Shown: positions 1 to 12,693 of the stretch, piece after piece
Layout of the letters: each line of letters opens with the position of its first letter
How positions within the stretch are numbered: the first letter of the stretch is position 1
Assembly: GCA_951406725.2 (NCBI GenBank)
Contig: OX597830.1
Span: forward strand, 49,662,001-49,726,000
Length of the DNA stretch: 64,000 bases
Reading direction: 5' to 3'
Source of the DNA: Octopus vulgaris
Lineage: Eukaryota
The notes under the pieces: model-generated
The model's input: the letters and a program-made list of their open reading frames with translations, nothing else
Database searches by the model: none
What the model was told of the DNA's origin: nothing
Made by a program: the position numbers and the translations under genes

Positions 1-190
1 TATTAAATATCGTTCTGAAGTAAACAGATACTATCCCAGATACATTTGAAAGGTAATATTGACTTTTCATTGCAACTAATGGGAATTGATGTTTAGAAAC
101 AGATATTGCATAATTCATACAGTCGATCTTTATACACACGAGCACTCGCACACGTGTGCATGTGCGCGCGCGAGCATATATACACTCACA

Positions 191-244
<54 letters not shown>

Positions 245-440
245 TTGTAGGTAACGCCATGTCAAATGATGTAAGATAATAGGTACTTATAATTAGTGTT
301 CAGGTCGAATTTGTACCGCCCTAACTCCAAATATAAATTCAAGGGTGTGATAATTGCCTAAAGGAATGTTCGCTGTAGTCATTGCATTCACTATAAGTAT
401 AATCTACACACCTTTTTTCCTATGATCCCCATGCTAATTA

Positions 441-680
441 TCTATATATATAAAACTGAGAATGTGTGTGTGTGTGTCTGTCTTTCTGTCTGTCTGTGTG
501 AATCACTAAAACTTGAGAACTACACAACCAATTTCATTCAAATATAATACATGCATTACTTAAGGTCCATGTAGTGCCATGGGCAAAACAATTCTTAACT
601 TCTTGCCTAGGGTGGGCCCACAGCAATATCATATCTTCTCCACTGTTTCAGTATTACGTGTTAAAAGTGAAATACAAACA
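441..680 (+). mobile_element. Probable non-autonomous Helitron 5' end
   Basis: Begins TC-TATATATATAAAACTGAGAA, then a (GT)/(GTCT) microsatellite and AACTACACAACCAATTTCATTCAAAT. This layout is typical of invertebrate non-autonomous Helitron 5' termini. No 3' hairpin/CTAG end was seen. Confidence 0.4.
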
Positions 681-701
681 TCTCTCTATTGTATGTATAT
701 G

Positions 702-760
<59 letters not shown>

Positions 761-890
761 GCATACATGTATGTCTTGATGTATATATATAGATGTACAT
801 GTAATATATACCCATATATATACATATATATACATGCATACATATATACACACCTCCAACCCCCAACCCCCCACACACACACACATAAAT

Positions 891-1200
891 AGGTGCAGGT
901 TTGGCTGTGTGGTAACGAACTTGGGTCCAAAACACATGGTCCTCAGTTCAGTCCCACTGTGTGGTAACTTGGTATGTGTCTTCTGCTAAAGCCTCAGTCG
1001 AACCAAAGTCTTGCCAGTGGATTTTGTAGACAGAAACTGACAGAAATCAACTGTATGTATATGTATGTATAAATGTAAGTCTATGTGTGTGTCTTTGTGT
1101 TTCTCCCTCATCACTGCTTCACAACTGGTGTTCGTTTACTTACATCCCCATATCTTACGGGTTTCACAAGAAGAAACTGATAGAATAAGTACCAGGCTTA
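891..1200 (+). mobile_element. tRNA-derived SINE family A, degenerate
   Basis: Aligns by eye to the full-length copies at 30686 and 32168 (GGCTGTGTGGTAA, GTTCAGTCCCACTG, GTAGACAGAAACTGA, GATAGAATAAGTAC). Confidence 0.85.
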
Positions 1201-1290
1201 TCAAAATATAAAAAAAAGCACTACGCATATTTTTGTTTGCCCTCTCAGTTGTATCTATCAATTTATCTTTGTTTGTGTGTGTGCGTGTGT

Positions 1291-1358
<68 letters not shown>

Positions 1359-1424
1359 ATTTCGTAGACAGGAACTGAAACAAATCAATCGTATATATAT
1401 GTATGTATATATGTAAGTGTATGT

Positions 1425-1633
1425 GTTTTGGTATTTGCAACATGAATGACAATGGTCAGAGACTACTTGAATTTTGCACATACCATGACCCGTGCAACAC
1501 CAACACACTCTTTGCCAACAAGACATCCCACAAGGCATCCTGGAGACATCCAAGATCTCACCACTGGCATCAGCTGGATCTCGTCATTACACGAAGATCC
1601 TTTCTGAATTCTGTTCAACTGACCCGTAGTTAA
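1425..1633 (+). mobile_element. RTE-clade LINE fragment, AP-endonuclease C-terminal part
   Basis: Translation NDNGQRLLEFC...TNTLF...SWRHPRSHHWHQLDLVITRR matches RTE/BovB-type APE motifs. Confidence 0.85.
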
Positions 1634-2335
1634 CACAGGATAATCTGAGAACTGAAGTTAAATAAAAACTCATACAAATCGGGAATAGTTGTTGCCATAA
1701 TTTCGGAATATTAATGTGGTGATCCTTGTTGTACATTCGAAACTATTTCTCACAGTTTAACTGATTATTTCTCTGGTGAACATATTTGATTATTGTCGTA
1801 ATGACAGCGACCTCTCATCTTCTCATAAACTTTTGCCAGCGTGTGTGTGTTGAGAGAAACAGAGAGGGGGAGAAAGAAGAGAAAGAGAGAAAGAAAGAGA
1901 GAGGAGTAAGAGCTGCGTGTATGTGCATTATATAGATGAGTATTTATATACGCACAGATGTGTGTGTGTGTGTGTGTGTGTGTACATGTACCCTAATATA
2001 ATTGCTGATGTACATGCATAGATTATTTTGTGTCTGTGTATGCACATGCTTTCATATTTTCTTTGATGTATCGAAAATTAAGAAGCATATAAAGTATAGC
2101 TACACAAGACAATGCTCACACAGACAAACACACATGCAAAACATATGTAAAAGAATTATCGTTATCCGAATTCTAATGATGTAGCTTGCTTTTATTTATT
2201 TATCGATTTAATTATTTATTTATTTATTATTTGACAAACAACATCTCCCACTTTTAGGAATGATTCTAATAAATAAAGTGAAGGCTTACAAATGTCATTT
2301 GATTTCTACCCGTCGATCTCTCATTCTTCTTGTTC

Positions 2336-2372
<37 letters not shown>

Positions 2373-2594
2373 TGTGAGTGTGTGTGTGTATGTGTACACG
2401 TGTTTTTGTGTGTTTAATGTGTGTGTGTAGTAACACATATATAAGCCATAATAAACGATAGAGCTAGTTTCTTTACACACAGAAACTTCAAGACAATGAA
2501 ATCACAATAACACGCATGAACCTACATATTGACAAATAAGACGCCAGGTTAATAAAAAATATGACGAATAATAATAATAGTAATAGTCTTAAAT

Positions 2595-2795
2595 TTTAGC
2601 CCAAAGCTGGCTTTTTGGGAATGGTAGTGGGAAAGTCGGTTAAATGGACCCCAGTACTCTACTAATACTTTATTGACTCCGAAAGGAAATTCAAATTCGA
2701 CCTCGGTGCAATTTGAACTCAGAACATAAAGACCCGAGAGCAATACTGCTGAGCGTTTTGTCTCATGCAATACATATGCAGCCATTTCGTTACCT
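2595..2795 (-). mobile_element. tRNA-derived SINE family B, degenerate
   Basis: Contains CGACCTCGGTGCAATTTGAACTCAGAAC, the reverse complement of the B-box region of family B copies such as the one at 51624. Confidence 0.75.
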
Positions 2796-3216
2796 TAATA
2801 ATGATAATCCAGTTCCCAGTGCTATGACTAAACACATATACACCTATATGTTTCTATATACCAATATAATCACAACTGCAGAAATAGCAGTCGTAAATTA
2901 TGTATAGTTACAAAAGATGAAGGCCACCATTACAGAATAGACAGTTGCTAGAATTAAATTAAAGTTTAGAATAGAGACTTGACGTAGCGAAGCAAATAAA
3001 CTAACTTAGATGGCAGTAGATAATCGTTTTAGAAAAAATTAACTAAAACGGGTGCCATGTGTTAATTAAATAGATGAGAACCAATTATCAGTCACAACTA
3101 CAAACACGCGAATGTTTAATGTGTGTGCGTGAGAGTGAAAAAGGATACGACTTCAATGTAGACTAACAAATAAAGCATATAACATTTTCTCAAACTATTC
3201 TCTCAAACTTTTCGTT

Positions 3217-3274
<58 letters not shown>

Positions 3275-3499
3275 TCTAGTTTACAGGCGAGTAGCTGGTT
3301 TGAATAATAAAAAATATAATTTCAAATCATTATGTCCCTGATTTGAGACTGCCTTCGTGAACTGCGCAAGTCCAGGTATGGACAACATTGAATTCCGTTC
3401 TTTGATAAACTGCACTTCCGCAATTTGCGCAGCTTCAACATCTTCCTAAATATTCCGGACAAAATGTTTGGATTGATTCTTCATTGCAGGACAATAACC

Positions 3500-4373
3500 A
3501 TTCTAGCTTATGTCACACTCCACAAGGCATTTGACTCGGTGGACAGAGATGTGCTTTGGAGGATTCTGAGGCTGTGAGGTGTACCTCCTCAACTAGTTTG
3601 ACTGATGATAGTCTTGTACACCAGAACAGTCAATGAAGTGCGGATTTGAGGCTCAACTTTTAATTTTTTCCAGTTAGATCTGGGATTCGTCCGAGTACTG
3701 TTTGGTTCCCCTTCTGTTCAATGTCTGCAGGGGATTGGGTACATGGTCAAATGATGGCTCAATCGATTTATGATGCACTCATTAGGGAAACGAAGATTGC
3801 AGACCTAGATTTCAATGATGATGTAGTCGTTCTGGCTGATTCAGGGTATCTTGAGCACTCTCTCTTCAGTGAGTTAGGAAGCGAACCGCTTGGATTGAGA
3901 GTCTCTTGGACAAAGACCCAGTTCTTCGTTGGCTTTTTGGAGGCCTCCACTTCTTGTATCTTTGATGCGGGTAAGAATGCCGATGCTGTTGACTACTTCA
4001 CTTATCTCGGCAGTGAGAATCAGATCCGCATTAACTGCGAGTCTGAAATCCGAAAAAACACTTGGACTTGCTGGTGCGGTTGTGGACACACTGGACGAGA
4101 GTGATTGGTGATGTCGTTATCTGTGCAGTAGGGTAAAGGAATCTTTACGTCCCTGGTCCTACACTATAATTGTGAGACTTGGACACTATCCGGATCTCTT
4201 TGGAGCTGCCTGAACCCCTTTGGCGCCGGGGCGGTTTGCCGCCTTATGGGTTACCATTGGTCGGATATCGTATCCAATCAACGTCTCTACTAAGAAATTA
4301 TGAGACAACCAGTTACTTATATGATTCGGGAGCGGCAGCGCAAACTGCTTGGCCATGTTACTCGGTTTTCTAA
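3500..4373 (+). mobile_element. RTE-clade LINE reverse-transcriptase relic
   Basis: AYVTLHKAFDSVDRDVLWRIL, DLDFNDDVVVLA (F/YADD-like), GLRVSWTKT, FTYLGS and RKLLGHV, with several stops and frameshifts. Confidence 0.9.
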
Positions 4374-4398
4374 GTCAGTCAATACTTACTCTGTTCTC

Positions 4399-4453
<55 letters not shown>

Positions 4454-4643
4454 AAATATTAATATATATATATATACATATATACATTTATATATACGTT
4501 TATATATACATACAACGTGCACATTGCATCTCATAGCGAACGTGATAACACACTGAGCGAATTGAAACCGTCAGCGTTTGTTAGATGACATGGATGCTGC
4601 ACCATGGAAATCTAAATTTTGCTTACGGAAACAACAACTGAGT

Positions 4644-4760
4644 ATCGCCTGAGGAGATACATATAGATCTTCTTATACAGGTATATCGTTAAATAATTTA
4701 ATTTAAACTTTAAATCCTGTATATACGAGGATCTGTATGTATCGAAGCATTTGTAGCGAT
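4644..4760 (+). ncRNA. Type-I hammerhead ribozyme-like motif with very long stem II
   Basis: Stem I ATCGC (4644-4648)/GCGAT (4756-4760). Core CTGAGGA 4649-4655. Stem II 4656-4681/4716-4743, about 26 bp with 2 G-U pairs, 1 mismatch and a 2-nt bulge. GAAG at 4744-4747 (A15.1 to G), short stem III GCA/TGT, predicted GUA cleavage triplet ending at 4755. Confidence 0.7.
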
Positions 4761-5149
4761 TAAAATGCTGCCTAACCGTACGAACTCTTCCTTTTGACTC
4801 TTTTACTTTTTGCTTTTTACCTTTTACATATACAAACATATATGTCTGTATGAGTTAGAGGTTAATAAACCATCTAAGGGATATTAAATACCTGGATGTA
4901 TACCTACTGGGTGTGTACATACGTATTTTAACCAAGTGCTTACTATTGCATGGTAATATTGGAATTGATAACTAGGTATTGATGGGGGCAAATTGTAAAT
5001 TTACCCAGGATTTATAAGGCAAATAAGAAAATGGAGAGGATATAAATCTGACAAACATCAGCCTGTAAGAATTCGATTATATCTATTCATTAAATGATAA
5101 CAAACATGTGTTTAAGTGGTACAAGTAAACGAATGAGATCAGCCAATAA

Positions 5150-6090
5150 ATACGTAAGTCGATATATAGAGAGAGATGAAGGAATAATAATAGATGAGTA
5201 TACAGATGAGTATACAGATACAAATCACTTACGGCCGTTTCTACCATGAGGCCTCAGAATCTTCCAAGTCATTCTCATCACGTCAGTGATACACAAGGAT
5301 GAACAAACATTGGGCAGCGGTTGGGTAATGGTTGAGCCTCAAGGCTTCTTCAGAGAGGATGAATGTTAGGAAACTAACATGTGGGAAATTCAGTTAGGAT
5401 TACAGAGTAGGGTAAATGAGATAAAATAGGTAAAAATAAAAAATAATGTAATATAATAAACATGTTAAGGAAAGGTAAGAACTTCATTTTAAGGTGTTAT
5501 TATAATCCATGCTATTCCACAATGTGGTAAGTAAATATAGTCACTCTCAGGAGTGCGGTTTACATCGTGTTTCCATTATACTGAGGGAAATAGTGAATGT
5601 AGTAAGCTATTTGGTGGTTTTAATGGTATGTTTCCATGCTACAGGGGGTCAGAGATTAGAGGCTAAACGCTATTTAATAGGTATAGCAATATTAAAGGTG
5701 TTGGCCGAAATAACTTAAATTGAACATGTTAGGGGGAAATTAATACATAAATAGATTAATGAAAGAAAAGGAAAAACTGGGGAAAACCTTAGCGTTAATA
5801 TTTGTTACCTATTGGCTGAAAACTAATCCATATACCCTTATGCGTAGTGGGGTGAGTTCAAAGTCAATCCTGCAACCTAATTGGTCAGCTAACATTTAAA
5901 AACAATGGCCATTGCTTCTTACGGTCTTTCGCGACATTTTCCAAATGTAGTGCAATTTCATTGTTTCTTGGTCGTGTCCATTAATCGAAGAACCCTTCAG
6001 CTCAAGCTACATTATAGGTTAGAGTATTCTCGAGGGTCGCATAGTGTTACAGCTTCCATTAAGGATGATTATTTTACAAAGATTTAGATT
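5150..6090 (-). mobile_element. Degenerate Penelope-like element 3' region ending in a hammerhead-bearing pseudo-LTR
   Basis: The minus strand at 5290-5224 reads ATCACTGACG...CTCATGGTA-GAAACGGCCGTA-AGTGAT (palindromic stem III, stem I ATCA/TGAT). Upstream sequence only faintly resembles a PLE RT-endonuclease linker. Confidence 0.5.
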
Positions 6091-6517
6091 CTCCTTGTTT
6101 GTTTGTTTTTTTGCCAGTATTTTTCCTGGTTTTAAATACTTCTCTCATTCGTAAACTTGTTCGAAAAAACGTCGTAAGCCGACGTATGTCATAACTACAA
6201 TTAAGATTTTTAAAATCTTATAATGCACCTGCAAAGTCAGTTGATATAAAACTATTGTGATTGGTTCCTTCCTGGGAACTTGTAAATTCTTTAATAAGAC
6301 AGTTAATGCGGCTTGACACTTAGGCACTGCCCCAGACAGAAAGGAATGGAATTGCAACTTAAATATTAACGAACTTTTATTTATTCAGCTGGAAGCGTTT
6401 TCATATCACTTCTCATAAATATAAAAGTACACGAAATACATAAGATCTTAGTACAAATCAACTACTTTGTTCAATATTCAAAGCCCGTTGCATTATCAAC
6501 ATTATCTCCAGTATCAG

Positions 6518-6610
6518 TACTATTCTTTCTACTCCAGGCACAAGGTCCGAAATATTTGGGGAGGAGGCAGTCGATTAGATCGCAATTGGTACGTAATTTA
6601 TCGATCTCGA
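6518..6610 (-). mobile_element. SINE family B 3' fragment
   Basis: AGGCACAAGG...GTCGATTAGATCG...TGGTACGTAATTTATCGA matches the copies at 12470 and 42011. Confidence 0.7.
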
Positions 6611-6681
6611 TACATGTATGTATATATGTATATGTATATATATATGTATATGTATATATATATGTATTTGTGTAAGTATGT

Positions 6682-6717
<36 letters not shown>

Positions 6718-6923
6718 GGGAAGCTTTATGAAAATAAACAAAAGACGAAGACAGGTGGAATACAAACAAACAATTGTATTAGTATGGCGCTCAGGGATAT
6801 AAATAAAACAAGTCTTTTACGTTTCGAGCCTACGCTCTTCAACAGAAAGATACACAGAAAAGAAACACGGAGAGAAACAGGGGGAGAAAAAAAATGCGTA
6901 CAGAGGCTAGCGAATCAACATGG

Positions 6924-6926
<3 letters not shown>
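6718..6926 (-). mobile_element. Short PLE pseudo-LTR-type element between two (TA)n tracts
   Basis: Bounded by (TA)n on both sides. Carries the minimal hammerhead at 6813-6850 and shares CTGAGCG with the 23335 element. Confidence 0.7.
6813..6850 (-). ncRNA. Minimal type-I hammerhead-like motif (core variant CUGUUGA)
   Basis: TCTTT-CTGTTGA-A-GAGC-gtag-GCTC-GAAA-CG-TA-AAAGA: 5-bp stem I, 4-bp stem II, palindromic ACGU in place of stem III. Confidence 0.7.
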
Positions 6927-6960
<34 letters not shown>

Positions 6961-6964
<4 letters not shown>

Positions 6965-8005
6965 AATTTTTCAAGTACTATTATTAATAATGCTAATAAA
7001 TTTTTGGAAAGAAATAAATTGTTAAGACATTTAGTAAAACAAGGGTATAAATATGGTAAATTGGTTAAAACTTTTAATCGCTGTTTAGGTGGGAAACTTG
7101 AAATTCTAAATAAATATGGGATAATATCTATTCATCAGCTACATATTTGTAAGGATTTGGGAGGTTTACGATTCGAGTTATTTGCTTACTACGTCACCAA
7201 TATTGAGAGAATTGAGGAAGTAGTATTTACGCACTACGTCATTAATTTTTAGTTGGCCCTTTAAATTCTTGGAGATGGAGCTGCGTGTCTGATTAAACAT
7301 GTGGTTATATTTGTAGTTTTATTATATTTTAAACAGTTTTAATTAGCTTTATACATAGCATAATTTATAATCATAGTTAATTACAAGTACTTTTTTAGTT
7401 GCTGTTTAATGAAATTTCACGTTTATATTGGTAACTGGTAATTTAATATTACATCTTGGTGTGGTGATATATGAGTATGTAGTGTTTTATTTTTAACTTT
7501 TGAGAGATGAAGATGTATTTCACTCATAAAAATATTAGTTAAAGTAATTTCAATCGTGTTTGTTTTGTTTTGGAGAGATTTATATTAAGCTTTAACTTTC
7601 ATTATAGAAGTATCTATGGAAGACTGGTGGTATTATTATTTATATGGAATTAAAGATTGGTCGCAATTTAGTATATAATTTAGTTATTGCAGATTACTAT
7701 TAATACCGATACAATGTACATTGGTTTATACGTCTCTTTGTCGTAGTTTTATTAAAGTTAATGTTTAATCCTGACTATATTATTGATTGATTGAAATAAT
7801 GTGGTTATTAAGATTGTAATTTTGTATTATAATACGGAAAAGAGTAGAGATTATAATTTTTGTATGACTTGATATATTTGTCGCTGTTTAGTTACGTATT
7901 CAGGAGTAGTTATAATTTACTTTTTGAATTTATTTATCGATAAGGTTGTACATAGAGTATATGTGTTGAAAGTTGTGATCTCTTTGGTTTGTTTGTTCCA
8001 AAACA
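6961..8005 (+). mobile_element. 5'-truncated Penelope-like element, RT C-terminus plus AT-rich 3' region (possibly Naiad-type)
   Basis: FLERNKLLRHLVKQGYKYGKLVKTFNR...LNKYG resembles the PLE RT thumb (F..R...L...L..QGY....L...F). The ORF ends with no downstream GIY-YIG and starts at a (TA)n tract. The 3' boundary is uncertain. Confidence 0.6.
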
Positions 8006-8010
8006 ATGTA

Positions 8011-8087
8011 TATGCATGCATGCATAGGTACGTACATATATCCATAGGTACATACATACATACATATGTATCTGTGTGTATGTATGG

Positions 8088-8121
<34 letters not shown>

Positions 8122-8257
8122 GTGTATCTTTTTTTAGTACTGTTGACAGCACCGGATTGATAGGTACTGCCCAAGCGTCGAAACCATAATGATATCCGTG
8201 GGGCAGCTGATGATGGAGGTATGTTGGATTGTTGGTATTGCTGTGGAATAGTATTAT

Positions 8258-8317
<60 letters not shown>

Positions 8318-8520
8318 TGTTGTATATGCTTTTGCCACTTACATGCAGTGACGTACAGATGTTTCACTCTCATTTCATTTCTTGATCCGTTTTATATTTT
8401 ATTAAGTCCTATGACTTAATGGTACTGAATGGTACTGCCCAAGTGTCGAAACCATAATGATATCCGTGGGGCACCTGATGATGGAGGTATGTTGGATTGT
8501 TGGTATTGCTGTGGAATAGT

Positions 8521-8569
<49 letters not shown>

Positions 8570-8830
8570 TGTTGTATATGCTTTTGCCACTTACATGCAG
8601 TGACGTACAGATGTTTCACTCTCATTTCATTTCTATTTCCGTTTTATATTTTATTAAGTCCTATGACGATGGATGCATGGTGACATGTGCAGTATTTATA
8701 TGTGCAGTAAATCAGAGCACTTAAGCTGAATACCAGGCAGCTATCATCTGACAAAAGGAAGCACTCGTCATTATCATCCTCATCTATACATACGTGCATG
8801 CATGCATAGGTACGTACATATATCCATAGG

Positions 8831-8861
<31 letters not shown>

Positions 8862-8879
8862 GTATCTGTGTGTCTGTAT

Positions 8880-8937
<58 letters not shown>

Positions 8938-8962
8938 GTATATCTTTGACTTCTTTTTAGTA
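8011..8962. repeat. Local duplication with A-B-B'-C-A' layout
   Basis: 8162-8416 is nearly identical to 8431-8667, including the internal (TA)n. 8011-8140 is repeated at about 8793-8962. Confidence 0.9.
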
Positions 8963-9400
8963 TATCCACGTTAAGATATACAGATTATTCTCTGTCTGCC
9001 CATTCTCTTTCACCTTTTCTCTCTTTCTCTCTCAATCCTTCTCTCTCTTTCTCTTTATGTACGTCTTTTTTTTTGCGCGTGTGTGCAATGAGAGAGAGAA
9101 TAAAAAGGGAGGAGACGAAATGAAATCCATTTCGAAGATAATACGGTTCGTTGTGATGAATGACAATCTCTTGCAATCTCTGTCCATCTTCCAATAAAAC
9201 CATACAAGGAAAAACTACGAAAATGGAAGATGCCTTCAAGGAATGAACAGACGGCGTTATCAGTATTGTGACACAAATGAACCTAGAGCCCCAATTTCAA
9301 AAATGACGGCGTTACTACGGATGATTTCTCACATATATAATGACAGAAATGCTGGAGATCGCATTTGGTTGATTTAAATTATACTGAGTATATCTGCACG

Positions 9401-9437
<37 letters not shown>

Positions 9438-9440
<3 letters not shown>

Positions 9441-9560
9441 AAATGGGACGAGGACGCAAAACATCCAGATAGACGATATAAGAAACACGGACGGGTCATT
9501 GGAAGCCTTTAATCTTCAGTCAAGAACCGGATCATCCTCGTAATTTCGGCTGATGATATT

Positions 9561-9565
<5 letters not shown>
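9438..9565 (-). mobile_element. Solo terminal repeat of the 34334-35241 element family
   Basis: ACAAAATGGGAC...AAAACATCCAGATAGACGATATAAGAAA...GGACGGGTCA...TCTTCAGTCAA matches 34335-34490. Flanked by (TA)n. Confidence 0.85.
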
Positions 9566-9591
<26 letters not shown>

Positions 9592-9759
9592 GACACAAAC
9601 ATATATATAAACATATAAACACACACACAAAAACACACATATATATATATATATATATATGTATATGAATATGTGTGTGTACGTATGTGCGTGCGCGCGA
9701 ATGTGAGGTGTCCTGGGCAAGATTTTGAACTGCGTCCGGGAGTGGAGCCTTGGATCGGG

Positions 9760-10125
9760 AGTTTCAAGAAACACCTCGTGATAAATATTGTTACCTGTTC
9801 TTCTCTGGTCTTGAGTAGCAGCACATGTCAGGGACCCAGCTATGCGTGTTAGGGCTCGCCTAACTATGCATGTGAAGACTGGGATTCTGTGAAATCTGAG
9901 GAAGAACCCTTTATGGTTCAATGGTGTGGAGCGGCTGCATCGATACATTGCGGGGTTCAGATAGCAAGGCAATGTAACTAAGATATCCTGGTCATCCACA
10001 CTATATCCGTCTCTATCACAAATTGTCTTCATCTGGTTTTGTCCTGGTTCCTCCATGGACCGAAGGCGGTCATTGACGTAAATGTGACGTTGATGTTGCA
10101 CAACTCTTCTAAAGTTTAAACTCAT
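9760..10125 (-). mobile_element. Possible degenerate Helitron Pif1-helicase C-terminus
   Basis: ...PVFTCIVRRALTRI...RTGNNIYHEVF weakly resembles the Helitron helicase end (PVFxHGQLYVAxSRV...TxNIVYxEV). Confidence 0.35.
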
Positions 10126-10228
10126 TCAACGCGCAATTCATCCTTAGGGATGGATTGATGGTCATCGTCGCTCAGATGAACAAAGAAGATGATATGAATG
10201 TTTCTCTCTGTCTCTGTCTCTCTCTGTC

Positions 10229-10261
<33 letters not shown>

Positions 10262-10833
10262 ATGTACGTGCGTGTGGTGAGTATGCAACTTCTGTATAGC
10301 TGGTTATAATGGAAAATGTCGAACTTTGTAGAATTTGAACCTAACATTGACGGATGAACAAGAAAACAAAGAAAGCATTATCTACGTAATCCCAGGCGAT
10401 AATCCACGAAATTACTAAATGAATGAAGTCAAAATTATATTTTTCTTCTCATTGTTTCTGCTCATAGCAACTCACAATACACACATATACACAATTAACC
10501 AACATATACATAAGCGTAAACATAAGTTCATATGATTCATATCGTGCACACATGCACACACACAAATGTGTGCACAAACACACACACTCACACACACACA
10601 CACACACGCATATGCATGTATATAAAACAGATATACACACACATACACAATAATTTTACCTGTACAGACTGCTTAACGAACAAACGCGTAGGCCCACGCA
10701 AACACACACACACACACACTGACGCAAACAGACGCACACAGACGCAGACTCACACATATATACTCATACACACACAATTAACCAGCACTCATTAATAAAC
10801 ACACATTCGTAGACACCAGCACACAAAAACACA

Positions 10834-10873
<40 letters not shown>

Positions 10874-11324
10874 CCAGTGAATAGAGATTCGTACAGATCC
10901 AAACTTAAATACACTTGTAGACACATGCACACACAGACACATGCACACTCTCGCACACACAAATACACATACAATCTTCACACAAACATACATGCAAATC
11001 CACGCATGCACACATTATGTTCAGCTTCTACTAACCTAAACTACGTTACCACACAATCCAACCCTACACACAACCACAGACTGACTTCTTTGCCACTTAA
11101 CTTCCTCCTACGTCGCAGTTTTTGCCATATTTCTTTGAGACAGTCTTCAGGCAATAGCAGATTCCTTTAAGGCATTATCTTTGGTTATTTTTGGTTATTT
11201 TATCAATTTTTCATTTCATTTTCGGCCTTCAACGTTTCAGTAATTTTATGGTATACGTATTTTTATAGTTTTCCTAATTCTTTTTATCGATTTAACTTCT
11301 TTTTCCTAAACAGATATTGTTGTC

Positions 11325-11388
<64 letters not shown>

Positions 11389-11437
11389 GTATATATATAT
11401 GTATAGGTATATGTATATATATATATATACATATATA

Positions 11438-11501
<64 letters not shown>

Positions 11502-11695
11502 AATATATGTATATATGTACATATATACATATAGTAGTTCATTTAAGGACTAATTTGACCGAAATCGTAACAATGCACTTCAGACACTGGATGCCAGGAG
11601 ATATCTTTATTATAATGAATCTTAAGATAGCAATATTCGGTCAAACCAGGATAAATGTCGAGCTTTCTAGTAAGTTGTATTTAATGTAGGAGAAT

Positions 11696-11755
11696 GCTTG
11701 AAATATATTCTAAAGAATCAGATTGAGGGAACTGTTGCATTCTGTATATTCATTG

Positions 11756-11798
<43 letters not shown>

Positions 11799-11876
11799 AA
11801 CTACAATGAAGCACACAGAATGATATACAGAATGCAGCAGTTCATTCAATCTGATTCTGTGAAATATATTTCAAGT
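11696..11876. repeat. Diverged inverted repeat of about 60 bp around a (TA)n tract
   Basis: CTTGAAATATATTC..AGAATCAGATTGA..GAACTGTTGCATTCTGTATAT versus ATATACAGAATGCAGCAGTTC..TCAATCTGATTCT..GAAATATATTTCAAG. Confidence 0.8.
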
Positions 11877-11913
11877 ATGTATGTATGTATATAGATATTT
11901 GTATATATATTTG

Positions 11914-11985
<72 letters not shown>

Positions 11986-12030
11986 GGTGCGTAAATATAC
12001 ATGCATTAACACACACACATATACATATGT

Positions 12031-12185
12031 TTTGACATGAGATGTTTCAGGCACATATGCAAAGATGAGTGGGAAGATAAAGTGAAGAATAGCACCATCC
12101 TGCAAATGCCTGGATTGTCCAGTGTAGCGGATGTCTTGATCAAGTATCAGATGCGATGGTGTGGACACGTCCTTTGAATGAACCG
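12031..12185 (+). mobile_element. RTE-clade LINE C-terminal fragment (not in ORF track)
   Basis: Reads FDMRCFRHICKDEWEDKVKNSTILQMPGLSSVADVLIKYQMRWCGHVL*M, matching F.MRCLR.I....W.D.V.N..VL...L...QLRW.GHV.RM. Confidence 0.8.
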
Positions 12186-12269
12186 TGGTCGAATGACAAA
12201 TTTTGGTTGCGATTCTGCTTTTATATATTTCTAGTCAATTCTGATTTCATTACTATATGTCAATAATAT

Positions 12270-12635
12270 TGATTTCAAAATTTGACACAAGGTCAGCAAT
12301 TTTAGAGAAGCCATGGTGCTTATTTTATCAAGCCCAAAAGGATGAGAGCTAAAGTCGACCTTGGTGTCATTTGAACTCAGAACATACACACGGACAAAAT
12401 GATGCTAAACATTTCGCCCGGAGCGCTAGTGATTCTACCAGCTTGCCGCCTTACAACATTTCAATAATCCTTTTTACCATAGGCACAAGGCCTGAAATTT
12501 TTGAGAAGGGGATCAGTCGATTACATCGAACCCAATCTTTCACTGGTACTTAATTTATCGACCCCGAAAGGATGAAAGGCAAATTCAACCCCGGCGGCAT
12601 TTGAAATCTGAACGTAAAGACAGGCGAAATATACA
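12270..12635 (-). mobile_element. Two tandem SINE family B copies (about 12270-12453 and 12470-12635)
   Basis: Both contain AAGGATGARAG..AAGTCGACC..GGC..ATTTGAA. The first ends CCAGCTTGCCGCCTT. Confidence 0.85.
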
Positions 12636-12693
12636 TTTTAATAATATTCACAATAAATTATATCGAACCAACGTATATAATATTTTTTTAAAA

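Noticed and set aside
8136-8215. Hammerhead candidate CTGTTGAC...GTCGAAACC and CTGATGATGG
   Set aside because: Stems I, II and III cannot all be closed in a canonical register.
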